64,000 nucleotides of DNA. Origin: Ranitomeya imitator (taxonomy: Eukaryota). A model generated the notes under the pieces. It was not told the DNA's origin. It made no database searches and saw only the letters and a list, made by a program, of their open reading frames with translations. Each line of letters starts with the position of its first letter. The stretch's first letter is position 1. Both the position numbers and the translations under genes were made by a program. The stretch is from contig NC_091288.1 of assembly GCF_032444005.1 (NCBI RefSeq), positions 214,706,001 through 214,770,000 on the forward strand, read 5' to 3'. Of the stretch, positions 1-12,539 are shown piece by piece.

Positions 1-108
1 TTCTGGATTTGTTTTCTCATTTTGACTCTCATAGTTGTGGTCTACTCATCTTTTTAAGTGGGAGAACTTGCACAATTGGTGGCTGACTAAATACTTTCTT
101 CCCCACTG
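1..108. mobile_element. Tc1/mariner terminal inverted repeat, cut by the window edge
   Basis: Ends ...GGCTGACTAAATACTTTCTTCCCCACTG followed by TA, a typical Tc1 TIR plus TA target. Confidence 0.8.

Positions 109-176
<68 letters not shown>
109..176. repeat. (TAGA)n microsatellite, about 17 units
   Basis: Directly visible perfect tetranucleotide run. Confidence 0.98.
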
Positions 177-1299
177 GCACACATTGATATGAATACACCG
201 TGACATGATATTTGCATCAGTAAAAGCAAAGTTCTGGAAACAAAGCCCGTGTCGTAGCGGGAGAGATGATTAAAACCTCCAGTGACCTAATCTAATGCAA
301 TTGCAGGGAAATCAGAGATGAAATCTCCACTGACATCAATTAATTTACTGAAGATAAACAAAGTGATAAAAGCTTAACAAGCGATTCACAAGGGAATAAT
401 ATCTGCTTCACCTGCGGGATCTCGGAGGAGCAATTACTAAGAATCTCTGTGTTTCTGTTACCGGTTTTACCTTCTCGGTAAATGTATTGAGCTAATGAAA
501 AGTTTATACAATAGTGGATCAGACATGTTGGGTCTTAAATAAAAGAAAAGTTGTCATATTATATGATTTAGACACTAAAATAAAACTGTGAATATCTGTA
601 TGTTGATAGGTGACATCTTACATATTAATCAAAAAGCCAGATTCTGAGATGGTGGTCGCTGGGACTTCCTCTAAACACTCATTTGCAGGTCTGTTTGTTT
701 AAAACAAAAATTTGATGGTTACAATTCTTATGTGAGGCCCAAGAACTTGTCAGAATATAACTAGATTGGTCTTTAGAATACCACAGATACAACTCCCTCC
801 ATGACGCCGCCATTAGCTCCATGGGGACCTCTGGGTTGCACATGGTTCAACCAAACTGCCTGCTAGTCCATTTCAGGCTAATGTCCCACATAAACCATCC
901 AGGACCTAGCTATAGTCTATAGTGATAACGCTCACCAAACTGGTCTCTTGAGGAATTCATAACGACCGCCTCTGCAGCCTCTCCTCAGGCCATGTATCAG
1001 GTTCTCCTTTTTCCACATCACCAGTGCTGCTCTGGTGGACAAGCTAACTCTAGTCTCAATGTCACCAATGCTCCTCTGAAGACCAGGCCTTCTGGGCTCT
1101 AAGTCACCAATGCTCTGTTGACAGACAGGCCCACTTTGGCCTTCTTATCACCAACGCTTCTCCATTGGACAGGCCCACTCTGGCTCCAAATAATCAATGC
1201 TGCAGTAATGGACAGGCTTACTCTGGGTCTAAGTCATTAATACTCCTTTGGTGAACAGGTCTATTGGGCTCTAAGTCACCAATTCTCTGATGATGGACA

Positions 1300-2200
1300 G
1301 GCCCACGCTGTGTCTAAGTCACCAATGATCTGATGATGGACAGGCCCACGCTGTGTCTAAGTCACCAATGCTCAGGTAATGGACAGGCCTACAAGGATCT
1401 ACGTCATCAATGATCTGATGAAGGACAGTCCCACTTTAGGTCTAAGTCACCAATGCTCAGGTAACGGACAAGCCTACTAGGATCTACGTCACCAATGATC
1501 TGATGATGGACAGGCCCACTCTGTGTCTAAGTCACCAATGCTCAGGTAATGGACAGGCCTACTTCGATCTACGTCACCAATGATCTGATGAAGGACAGGC
1601 CCACTCTGTGTCTCAGTCACCAATGCTCAGGTAATGGACAAGCCTACTAGGATCTACGTCACCAATGATCTGATGATGGACAGGCCCACTCTGTGTCTAA
1701 GTCACCAATGCTCAGGTAATGGACAGGCCTACTACGATCTACATCACCAATGATCTGATGAAGGACAGGCCCACTCTGTGTCTCAGTCACCAATGCTCAG
1801 GTAATGGACAAGCCTACTAGGATCTACGTCACCAATGATCTGATGAAGGACAGGCCCACTCTGTGTCTAAGTCACCAATGCTTAGGTAATGGACAGGACT
1901 ACTAGGATCTATGTCACCAGTGATCTGATGAAGGACAGGCCCACTTTGGGTCTAAGTCACCAATGCTTAGGTAATGGACAGGACTACTAGGATCTATGTC
2001 ACCATTGATTTGATGAAGGGCATGCCCACTCTGAGTCTAAGTCACGAATGCACAGGTAATGGACAGGCCTACTAGGATCTACGTCACCATTGATTTGATG
2101 AAGGACATGCCCACTCTGAGTCTAAGTCACCAATGCTCAGGTAATGGACAGGCCTACTAGGATCTATGTCACCATGATCTGATAAAGGACAGGCCCACTT
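1300..2200. repeat. 85-bp higher-order minisatellite (42+43 bp subunits), about 10 copies; degenerate monomers extend about 1020-2480
   Basis: GTCACCAATGCTCAGG recurs at 1446, 1531 and 1616 (period 85); both subunits start GTCACCAATG and share GGACAGGCC. Confidence 0.9.
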
Positions 2201-5099
2201 TTGGCCTTGATATCACCAACGTTCCTCCAAAGGACATGTCTACTCTAGCTCCAAGTCACCAACACTCCAATAATGATGAGGCCCACTCCTTCCTTCATAA
2301 AATCCATCGTTTCACCAATGGACAGGCCTACTCTAGCTCTTTTATTAACCAATGCTCTAGTCATGGACAGGCCCATTTTCAGATCATCAACACTTTACTG
2401 ATGGACTAGTCCTCTCTGGCCTTTATGTCACTAGTGTCCTCCAATAGATAGGCTCCCTCTGGCCTACAGGTCACATACCTCCTCAGATGGACAACTCCAA
2501 GGCATAAGTTTGCAAGGCCAACTTGAAATCACATGCAACCACTCCTTTCCCCAGTGATCAGTGGTAATCTCAGTGTTTGATTTCTCTGCAGTGACACCAC
2601 AGCTCCTATTTAAATCAATGGCCTATCCATATAATGCACAGACATGCCAGGTCCGTTAGCGGAGCGATGCATTATGTAGCTGCTCTCACATTAGGTAGGG
2701 TGATGACTGAGCTGATGATTCCTCCACCACTGCCACAACCACCAGCTGTAATAATGCAGATTTACCTAGTGGGGGGTTGGAGGTGATCATATTTTCATAT
2801 CTTACTTCCTTTTACCTGCAGCCTTACACCTTCCCCCTGCTGCATCTCATCCATCGCTCTATGGGTTGTAACTGGTTAAAACTTCACCGGGTGTCATGTA
2901 ATTCAGTTATAAAAACAGCCAACGTGAACAGATATAAGGTAGTAAAGCTCACCAACAAGTAGGGTCCACAAATTGTTTGTGATGTGGATTATAAGCCCCA
3001 TCATGAGCTGGGTCATAAAAGGGAATTGAGCAGCTGGAAGCAATGAACACTAGTCTTCTTCCAATCATCAGCCAATGCAGTTTTCCCTCTGATGAGAATG
3101 GCATCCATCAGCAAATAGGATTTTCTAGTTGTTTGTCAGCGGTTCTCTTTCTCTTGAACCCTACTATCCCTTGACTATGTATTTGGTTACTGTTCCCTCC
3201 TCTCTGGTTCTGATCCGGCTTGTGCTCAATTTTCCTTCAATTTGCTCCACTGACCAGAAGCTACTCTATGGACACCACCCAGGGGCCCCACACAGTAAGG
3301 CCCAGATCTCTGTATAGATCTCACAGGGGAGCTCCTGGCTTGTGCAAAGTCTGTTTTTGGGTAACTTCTGAGTATTGGACATCCTAACTCTCAGGACTAT
3401 GTTCTTTCACAGGAACCACACAAGCACTGTGTTACTTCACAGTCTCCCACCATGAATTCAGTCCCAATTATCAATCTCTCACGCACTTTAAACTATGGGC
3501 TAATCAGGGCACACTCCACATTCCCTCACACTGACAGTAGGGCTTTCTTCTCACCTTGGTCTAGACAAGGTCGCCCACCCATCCCTAGGACATAGTACAA
3601 CTGGGCCCTACTTAGGCCTTGAGGCCAACCAGTCCTCACTTTACATTTCTACTGTTTCTCAGGGACATGGCTCTTCTTCAGACCCGAACAGGAACTAACT
3701 ATGGCCTACCACCATTACACTCCTTTACCCGGTTATCAATTCCCACAACCCCATCAGACAATCATCCATTAGACAATACTCTAAACTGACCAACAAAAGT
3801 GTGAATTTAGGCAAACACCATCAAAGTGGATGTTCTTGGGATTCAGGTTATTTCTGGGATGGGGCTTAAAAGTCTCGACTTTGACAACTAAAATGTTGGG
3901 AAGTATATAGACAGAACACTTGAAGGCCTCTTGCTTATGGCCCAATATCTGACCCACAAAATAACACAAAGACATATATACATGGTATAACTACATACTT
4001 GCCAACGATTGGCATTTGGAAGGTGGGCTTTAGCCAAAATTATTTTCTGGAATCCACTCCCCCTCCACGCCCATTCCCTACCAAGTCTCCTCCTCCAGAA
4101 ACAACAATCCTTCCTGAATCACTGACATTCTCGATGTTTCCAGTGGTTTCGTCAACACCCTTGAGATCTACCAACTCTTCCAGGAAGAACAGTTGAGTGG
4201 CCACCTCAATAACATCTTGAACTTAAAGGATCGGGCAATGGGCATTATACTGGATTCAAATAGTGGGCCCACGGTTAACCCACGGTCAAGCCAGGCCTCT
4301 CCAACAGCAGTATCAGATAACTGGCCCCTTGTTACAATGTCCATTGGAGTTTACACCCAGGTGATTACTTTTACACAATGCTGCCCCCTAATGTCATTCC
4401 AGTGTCAGTTTTCACTGAAGTCCTGGGATTCTATTTACAAACCAGCAGAAATGGAGCAATATATCTGGGTCAGGTCAGGAAGGCAGTTGTTTATAATGAT
4501 GCCTCCCTGCATGGCCTTGTAGGAGGGAGGGTTCTAAATCACATCTGCTGCCAGGTACTATGGCCTCTGGGACAATCTCTATTATTATTATTGGTGAAAT
4601 GATTGCACAAAAAGAAACAAGAACATTCCTGGAGGTCAGAGATCAAGGAAGGAGCGTGTGACCGGTGCGCAGATATCTCAGCAATTAGGTTGTAAAATAT
4701 CTGGAAATATCACAGCGAGTTAAATATTATACAGATCAGACTCGCCGCTCCGGGGGAGGGGCCGTACATTTACATCATTCTGAAGAATGGCGCCTGCCGA
4801 AGAACTGGAAGAAAGGGGAACGGGACAATGGCTATGATAGGCTTGTGGGGTGTGACCTGCAATAAGGGCCCTCACCCACCATGTGACCTTTATATGACTG
4901 GGCTGTGGTATCTTTGTCCCACTTAGGAATCAGCGGTCGCCCACTGACATTTTTCCGCACCCTAGTTCCTATATTTTTGTGGATAGCTGATTTGCTTGGC
5001 CTTTTTGCCATGTAGACGTTCTGGGGATTTTTAGCAACAGCTGTTCCATATAGGCGACTTCTCTAAACAGTAGATGGGCGTAGCTGGGTCCCACTGGTT

Positions 5100-5815
5100 G
5101 CTGCCAGTTCCGAGCTGATGGCACAGATGGACATCTTCCAATTTAGAAAATAAATAAGCAGGATGTTTCCTTGGCCGACCACTTCATCTACAGTCCTCAA
5201 TATTGCCGATTTCTTGGTGCTTCTTCACAAGACCTTGACCAGCATATCTGGAAACCCCAGTCTGCTCTGAAATCTTTGTCTAGGACAGACCTTGCTGATG
5301 CAGTATAACTACCTTGTGTCTTGATGTTGTGTTCAGTCTTGCCATGGTGGCTATTTATTGCTTGCGTTGAGAAACACGTGATGGTGTCTCCCGCAGCTTT
5401 TCTACATGCATTTGCCATGGTGTATGACCTGAGACATAAATCTGTCTTCCACAAGCTCACCCTTGTAGCAGAGTTTGTCTGTTCCTCACCCAGTTTTAAG
5501 CCTCCAACAGAGCTGTTTCTGTCTAAGTTAGTGATGAAGTTTCAACATAGATATGAAAATGATGATCATTATCACCTACTGTATCTGGTATACCTGATGA
5601 CTTGTACGCCTGACTATATTTCTACAATGTATCTACAACTGATGAAGGCGAAGGGGCAGTCACCAAATATCGAAATGCTTTATATTTCCGTTTTCTTCAT
5701 TCACTTTATTTTTAGCAACTAACAAAAGTACAAACTGTTAACACTTCTATCTGTAAAACCGTTTGCACATTGCAGCATTTTTTCCACACCTGCCTAAAAC
5801 TTTTGCACAGTACTG
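5100..5815 (-). mobile_element. Degenerate Tc1 fragment (TIR plus transposase N-terminus)
   Basis: Minus strand starts TA|CAGTACTGTGCAAAAGTTTTAGGCAGGTG; remnant translation KKHQEIGNIEDCR*SGRPRK matches the Tc1 paired-like region. Left limit approximate. Confidence 0.75.
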
Positions 5816-5971
5816 TATATCTATCTAATTTCTTTATTTATCTACTTATCTATCTGGCCATTTATGTATCTAACTCAGGGGGCATTATGAGATATGTTAA
5901 AGCAATTTGGACATTATTAGTTGCTATGTAAAAATAAGTGGGCAATAAAGAGCAGTGGCATAACTAGAGTC

Positions 5972-7148
5972 TGTGAAGACACGGAGGTCAGTGGGTGATT
6001 TAGTCCGCTGTCTCGAGACCGTATGAACCAGGGATCATTTCACTGAACGCCCACTCTCCTTTGACCGTGGGCATAATACTACTCAGACAACTCAAGGTGA
6101 GGGTAAAACAGCGTGGCTATACTTTACTGAACCACAAAACAGGCAAATAACACATAGAACAATCCCAGCAAAATACCCAAGACGGTGGAAAATGACAGAG
6201 TCTCACCCTTCCGCTAACTCTCTGGGATAAGAGCAGCTGTGCCTTCAGAGCTTCCATGGCTGACTAGGTCCACCTATGGCACGCACGGAAGGAGGTAATG
6301 GCGAGCTTAAAAAGCTGACAGTCCATTGAGGTACAAGGCCAGGTGACCAGAGGGTCACAACCTCGCTTCTCCAAACATCTCCATGGATCCAGGTGACCGG
6401 TTGGTCCCAATCCTAGCTTTCACAAACTTATTTATGGGGTTCAGGTGATTGGTGGGTCCAAATCCCGACTACCACAAACATATTCATGGGTTCAGTGATG
6501 GTCAATGGAGCTGATCTGTATTCTTTCAGCTGGGGCCATGGTCCCCTATACTGGCATCCTGTAATCGTATTCCCCATCATGGGCCCCTTCTTGTAATAAT
6601 ATCCTCCGTCCTGGCCTGTACGACATGTCCTTAATGCTGGCTCCTAATGCTGGGTTCCTTCCTATCATAATATCACCATCCTGGGGTAAAGCCTGTAAGA
6701 AATATCCCTCGTTTAGGCCGCAACCTGCAGGATATGTAACCCATACTGGGATTCTCCCTATTATAGTGTTTGCCGTTCTGCTGCTGATTTCAACACATTT
6801 TAAAAAGATAAACAATTCTTCTCCCGTTCCACTGCTCCATGCAGTGAGAGGCTGGCACTGGCGACACATGAGGCCAATGCCATGAGCAGCCTGTGAAGGG
6901 CTCACCGACATCAACTGCCAGCCTCTGATTGGCCGGCGGCAAGTATTGCAGTGCAGGGACCAGGCCGGTCTCTGCGCCACAATAACTTTCAGCTGAATGT
7001 GCGTCCTCAGACGCACATCCAGTTGAAGTAGGCTGAAGTCATCATGCCCCTGATTAACAGACATTACTAAATTACGTTATTGTTTTGCCCCCTCAATGTT
7101 GAACCATTAGCTATGCCTCTGAGCCGTACACTTGGGTTTGCACACTAC
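5972..7148. mobile_element. Possible LTR-like fragment
   Basis: Begins TG and ends CA, composition like frog LTRs, but no matching TSD found. Confidence 0.25.
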
Positions 7149-7439
7149 ATCGATAGGTTTTATCGTTTTGCTTTCTTCTTTCCACATTTACGCTATCTTT
7201 GCACTTTCATACATTTCCTCTTTTATTTCTGCTCTTAGAGCAGCTAATATTTTTAAAGAATTTGGAAGAAGAAGTGAGAAGTTACTGGGAGAAGGATCAT
7301 CTGATATGAGACATGGAGCTGACAGACAAGAATGTTAAGAGATAAGGAGAGAATCTTGGCAGAATGTGACCTCCAATAAGGAAGAATCTCGTCTTGCCCA
7401 GATTAATACCGAGTGAACTTTTCCACGTTTCTTCACGTT

Positions 7440-8420
7440 ACACCCACGAACTTAAATGTATTTTACTGGGATTTTATGTGATATCAATACAAATCAACAA
7501 GTATTTGTAAAGTGTAAAGGAAATTATTCCAGGTTTTCTAAATATTTTAAAAATATAAATCTGAAAATTGTGCTGTGCATTTGTATTCAGCTCCCCGAGT
7601 CAATACTTTGTAGGACCACTTTTCGCTGCTATTACTGCTGCAGTCTTTTCCGGTCTGTGTCTCCAGCTTTGCACATCTAAAGGTGACATTTTTGCCCCTT
7701 CTTCTTTGCACACTCGCTCTCAGATTGGATGGAGGCGTCTGTGATCGGCAATTTTCAAGTCTTTCCATAGATTTTTAATAGGATTTTGGTCTGGACTGTG
7801 ACTTAGCTATTCACATGCAAGAATAGGATTTGAGCTAAATCATCCATAGTAGCTCTAACATGAAGATTTAGGGTCGTCTCATGCCTTTTGCAGCGTCCAT
7901 CAAGTTTTCCACCAGGATCGCCCTGTGTTTAGCTCTATACATCTTCCCATGAACTCTGACGAGTTTCCCTGCCCCTGCTAAAGAAAAACATCTCCACAGG
8001 ATGATGCTGCCACCACCATGTTTAACAGTGGGGATGGTGTTTTCAGGGTAATGTGCAATGTTAGTTTTTAGCCACACATAACGTTTTCCAGTTAGCCAAA
8101 AAAGATCTCGTTTGGTCTCTTCTGACCTGAGCAGCTTCTTCCATATGCTCACTTTTCCCCTTACATGGCTTTTGCAAACAAGACTTCTTATGGTGTTCTT
8201 TCATAAATTGCTTTCTTCCTGCCACTCTTCCATAAAGGCCAGATTTGTGGAGTATAAGACTAATAATGGTCTTGTGGCCAGATTCTCCCAGATGAGTTGT
8301 GGATCTCTTCAGCTCCTCCACAGTGACCATGGACCTCTTGGCAGCTTCTCTAATTTGTGCTCTCCTTGCTTGGGATGTCAGTTTAGGTGGACAGCCATGT
8401 GTTGGTAGGTTTGCAGTTGT
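7440..8420 (-). mobile_element. Degenerate Tc1 transposon with frameshifted transposase
   Basis: Minus-strand ORFs contain GCPPKLT..AQIREAAKR, GLYGRVAGRK and [17 protein letters not shown] (Tc1 motifs); boundaries approximate. Confidence 0.9.
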
Positions 8421-8559
8421 CCTTCTAACCCTGCCTAGGAGCTGCAGCTCTAGAAGTCGAAGCCTGAGTCCCTCTGCGCTGACCATAGCTATCTAAGGAG
8501 TCACAAGGAGGAGTGACTGAATTTGTGGAGAATCATAATGGCAGGTCTGTTTTAGCATT

Positions 8560-8808
8560 TAGTAGCATGATAAAAAAATAACTGTGGAATTGCACTTTTT
8601 GCAATTTCACCGCACTTGGATTTTTTTTACCATTTTCCAGGACACGATATGTTAAAACCAATGATGTTGTTCAAATGTACAACTCTTCCCGCAAAAAAAC
8701 AAGCCCTCACATGGCCATATTGACCAAAAAATAAAAAAAGTTATCACTCTAGGAAGAAGGGGAGCGAAAAACGAAAATGCAAAAACAAAAATGGTCGTTA
8801 AGGGGTAA
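8560..8808. mobile_element. Non-autonomous DNA transposon end (TTAA-type terminus)
   Basis: Terminates ...GGTCGTTAAGGGGT; resemblance to common frog MITE ends recognised by eye. Confidence 0.45.
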
Positions 8809-9568
8809 TAAACACTCTTTTGGGGTGCTACTCTTTTTTTTTTTTTACTTTATGAATTATTCATTGTGGATTACTGACCAGGATCCTAAGGTGTTCTTGG
8901 AGACAATTTCATGAATTTGGCGCAAAGATAAAAAGTGGATTATTTTTTTTCCTGTCTTGTACTGGTTTATGTAACCTTTACCAATAAAAGTCTCAAAATT
9001 TGCACCAAAATGTTGACACACTCAAAAATACAGCCAGGAGGGGGAGGAAATCGAAGAGAAGTTGAGCAAAATTAGGGACTTTTCCAAAAGTTTTAATTGA
9101 AGAATTAACGTATGGAATTGCTAAGCGTCACCTTCAAAGCAGAAAAAAAAAAAGAAAATAGGCGAGCACATTTAAAATAAAAAACTTTAAAAAAGGCGCA
9201 AATAGAATAATGAAATGGATGCAAACAAAAAAAGGCACAAAGGAAACAGTGAATCGAAGCTTTAGTTTTGTAGATAGATTGATATAGAATAGATAACCTA
9301 TAGGAGAGATTCGATTTACAGGAATGTGTAATAACGTTGGGCAGTAAATCTCCATCTATAATGATAGGATTTGGACTCTGTTCTCCACGTGATTCAGTAG
9401 GTGTAAAACTTGTAAATTATAAACTCTAGTTACCATAACATTTCCATAATTACGTGCTCATAACATAAGCCAGCGCTATCCTCTCTCGGAGCTCTTCACA
9501 TTGTGACCACTACCCCTGATCACGGCTGTTCTCTGCAAACTTCTCTTTCCTCTTGCCTGTTGTGTACG

Positions 9569-10924
9569 ATGGCATCACCTAAATCTGGGAAAGCTGACGA
9601 GATCTGCTGCAGCTACTGCGTCCAGTCCTCGGTGCCCGCCGCCAAAACGTGTGTGCACTGTGCAGCTTCAATGTGTGAAGAACACACCAAGGTCCACAAT
9701 AAGGCTGCCGAGCACATCCTGATGGACCCCACGTCTTCCATCAAGGACATGAAGTGTCCCATCCATGATAAGGTCATTGAGTTTTGCTGCTCCAAAGATG
9801 GAGCCTGTATCTGTGCGTCATGTTGTATCATTGGAGAACATCGCGGTCACAAGGTGGATTCACTCAAAGATGCCCTTGAGAAGAGAAAGGCTGGTTTTAA
9901 AGATACCATGGATGCTTTGGCTTTAGAGAGTGAAGAGAATGAGAAAAACCTTGAGAGACTATTAAACAAACGCGACAACATGAACATAGAGCTTACAGGG
10001 GTCACTGAAAGGGTGACTGCCCTTTTTCGAGATATGAATGAACAACTGGCGGCTCTGCAGGCCAGGGCGATGAGTGAGGTTGCCAGGCAGGAGAAGCAAG
10101 TAATGGTTCGGGTCAATGGTTTGGTTCAACAACTTGAGAAGAAGAAAGATGAACTCTCAAAAAAGATGAAGCACATCGAAGAGCTACAAAATATGACCAA
10201 CCCATTAACGGTGCTGAGAGGAACGACTCAAGAAGAGGTCAAGAAGCGCCGAGGCTCTCGAAAAGGCAGCGAATGTGACAATGACATCAAAGTTTCCTCG
10301 AGTATAGATGAGGGTCCCATCTCTCTCATCCTACACATAGGGCTCCTAAACTTTGCCGAGTGTCTACAAGACCTGAAAGCTTTACGTCAGTTTACAGATG
10401 TGAAGAAAACAAGCATCACGTTGGATGTGAACACAGCTCAAAGTAAAATCATCATATCCAGCGACCTTAAAACCGCTTCCCACTCTGCGGTATCTCAGAA
10501 GTATCCAGAGACCCCCGAGAGGTTTAAGTCATGTCAAGTCTTGAGCACCAATGCATTTACCTCTGGGCAACATTACTGGGAAGTGGACGTGAGTGAAGCC
10601 CCGAGGTGGATCATTGGGGTGGCATTGAAGAGCATCGCGAGGAAGGTCGCCGGGAATGACTCATTTCTTGGATACAACAACAAGTCATGGACTTTATTTT
10701 TCCAAAAGTTTCTTGGAGTCTCTCACAACAATGTGCAAAACGCAGTGGTCTCTGATTTTCCGGTGCAAGGCGTTGGGATTTACCTGGACTATGATGCCGG
10801 ATACATGTCCTTCTACCAGCTGAACCCTACCAAACACTTGCACACCTTCACCGCCACTTTCCACGAGCCTCTTCACGCCGCGTTCTACATATTTGACAAC
10901 AGTTGCATTAAAATGAAGTGTTAG
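9569..10924 (+). CDS. Intronless RING-less TRIM-like protein (B-box1, B-box2, coiled coil, PRY-SPRY), 451 aa
   Basis: Open ORF from ATG 9569; CSYC..CVHC..CEEH..H, CPIH..CCSKD..CASC..EHRGH, LDVNTAQ, GQHYWEVD..WIIGV, GIYLDYDAGYMSFY motifs. Confidence 0.93.
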   Translation: MASPKSGKADEICCSYCVQSSVPAAKTCVHCAASMCEEHTKVHNKAAEHILMDPTSSIKDMKCPIHDKVIEFCCSKDGACICASCCIIGEHRGHKVDSLKDALEKRKAGFKDTMDALALESEENEKNLERLLNKRDNMNIELTGVTERVTALFRDMNEQLAALQARAMSEVARQEKQVMVRVNGLVQQLEKKKDELSKKMKHIEELQNMTNPLTVLRGTTQEEVKKRRGSRKGSECDNDIKVSSSIDEGPISLILHIGLLNFAECLQDLKALRQFTDVKKTSITLDVNTAQSKIIISSDLKTASHSAVSQKYPETPERFKSCQVLSTNAFTSGQHYWEVDVSEAPRWIIGVALKSIARKVAGNDSFLGYNNKSWTLFFQKFLGVSHNNVQNAVVSDFPVQGVGIYLDYDAGYMSFYQLNPTKHLHTFTATFHEPLHAAFYIFDNSCIKMKC

Positions 10925-12539
10925 AAGAACATATTGGAACATTTTTTTTTGGACTGGGACGGATCTTTTCACTTCATCTATTTGTGTCTTGTAATTCTCA
11001 AAAACACCTGCAAGGTTTTCGGCAGCACCGAAGGACTATGGTATAAGTATTTACCACTGATAGGTAGGGTATGCTCGATTTAATTAGATACTTCAGAGGT
11101 TTCTGCTCATGGGACTTTCCATCCCTTTTCTGAATATTTTTTTAAAAACTTATCTATAGTTCTGTAGGTTTTTTTTTACAATGATTGTATAGTTGTGGAA
11201 TGGAACTTACTAGACCTACCATACGAGGTTTGGAGGTGTTTTTATACAACCTCTTTATGCGGTGCAGGGCTTATCATGACCTGTCAGTAACTTTCCAACA
11301 GGAGCAGATCAAGGTCCATGGAAGACCTAAAAGTCTTCAAGACTTCCACATTTTTTATTTAGGATTGTTAGGATATGTTCACAAAGTTTTTTTTTATGTT
11401 TTATTTAGCAGAAAATACTTTCCAAATCCATCTCTTTCTATTAATTTCAATGGGAAATCCACTTTCTGGCTCATATGAGGAGTCTTTTTGAGCACTTTTT
11501 TTCCCGAAACAGGTTTTGAAAAAACACCTGATTAGAAAAAAAAGTGCATATCACTTTTTTTTAGTAATTTCTAATGGAATTTGCTCCTAAACAGATGCAG
11601 TCCAATGAAAAAAATGTAAAAAAAAAAATGCTTCGGGAAAAAAAAATCTTCCCAAACTTTCCTGAAACAGTCATTTTTGTAAGCAAAAAAAAAAAAAAAA
11701 CTCCATGTGAACATAGTCTTGAAGGGTGGGCGTAAAGGTATTCCATACGCAAGACAGGCAAAGCAAATAACACAGACATACGTACAACACGCACAAAAAC
11801 AAAATACAAACAACAAACACATAAAACAACCACAAGCTCAGGGATGGAAAAAAATAAAATAAAAAATGAGCAACACACAAAAAAGCGAAGTATATGACAG
11901 ACAAAACAATGCCAAGAAGTTCTAGGGTGCCCATGTGGGATGCAGAAAAGTTGGGTCCCATCATCCTTCCTTAATTAGGGGCCCTTTTACCATAAAAAGT
12001 GGTGGTGACATTCTCCGATCCGATTTGATTTTTTTTCTCTGAGCTTCAGAATCCTCAAAATGTGTTGTAACTTTTTTTGTGAATCAAAAAATTTGAAAAT
12101 GTCAAAAAAAATAATTGAATCAAATGATCCAAAAACTAAAAGCAAACAGAATGTGAAATGTTAGAGTTACAGAATGTAATATCCGATGTAATGATTGATG
12201 TGACGATCTCATGAATGTCGTGATTTATCAGTGTATTATACACGGCTGTGACAAACGCTTTGTGCTTTTATTTCTTTTCGTCCTGTGAATGCTTGTGCGA
12301 TTTGTGCTGCACACACTGTACGTGACAAAACATAACATAAAAGATATAATCCGCGCCCTGCAACATAAATACCAGAAATACTTGTTATTATAAAGTCAGG
12401 TACATTGTGGGAAAATTCCCAGCAACAATAAACCCTACATTTTCCCTGTGAAAACATGATAGACCAGAACGTTCTCCTGCCAGATGGTGCACACTTCACA
12501 TAATGCGACGCTACCTAGTGATGAAGATACTGTGCATTA

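Noticed and set aside
1300-2200. CTGATGA motif in the 85-bp repeat (hammerhead or C/D-box-like)
   Set aside because: A short GACA/TGTC stem follows, but there is no GAAA strand and no terminal stem for a snoRNA.
2500-4620. Short ORFs and LTR-like composition
   Set aside because: No gag, pol, RT or other motif recognisable in any frame; left unannotated.
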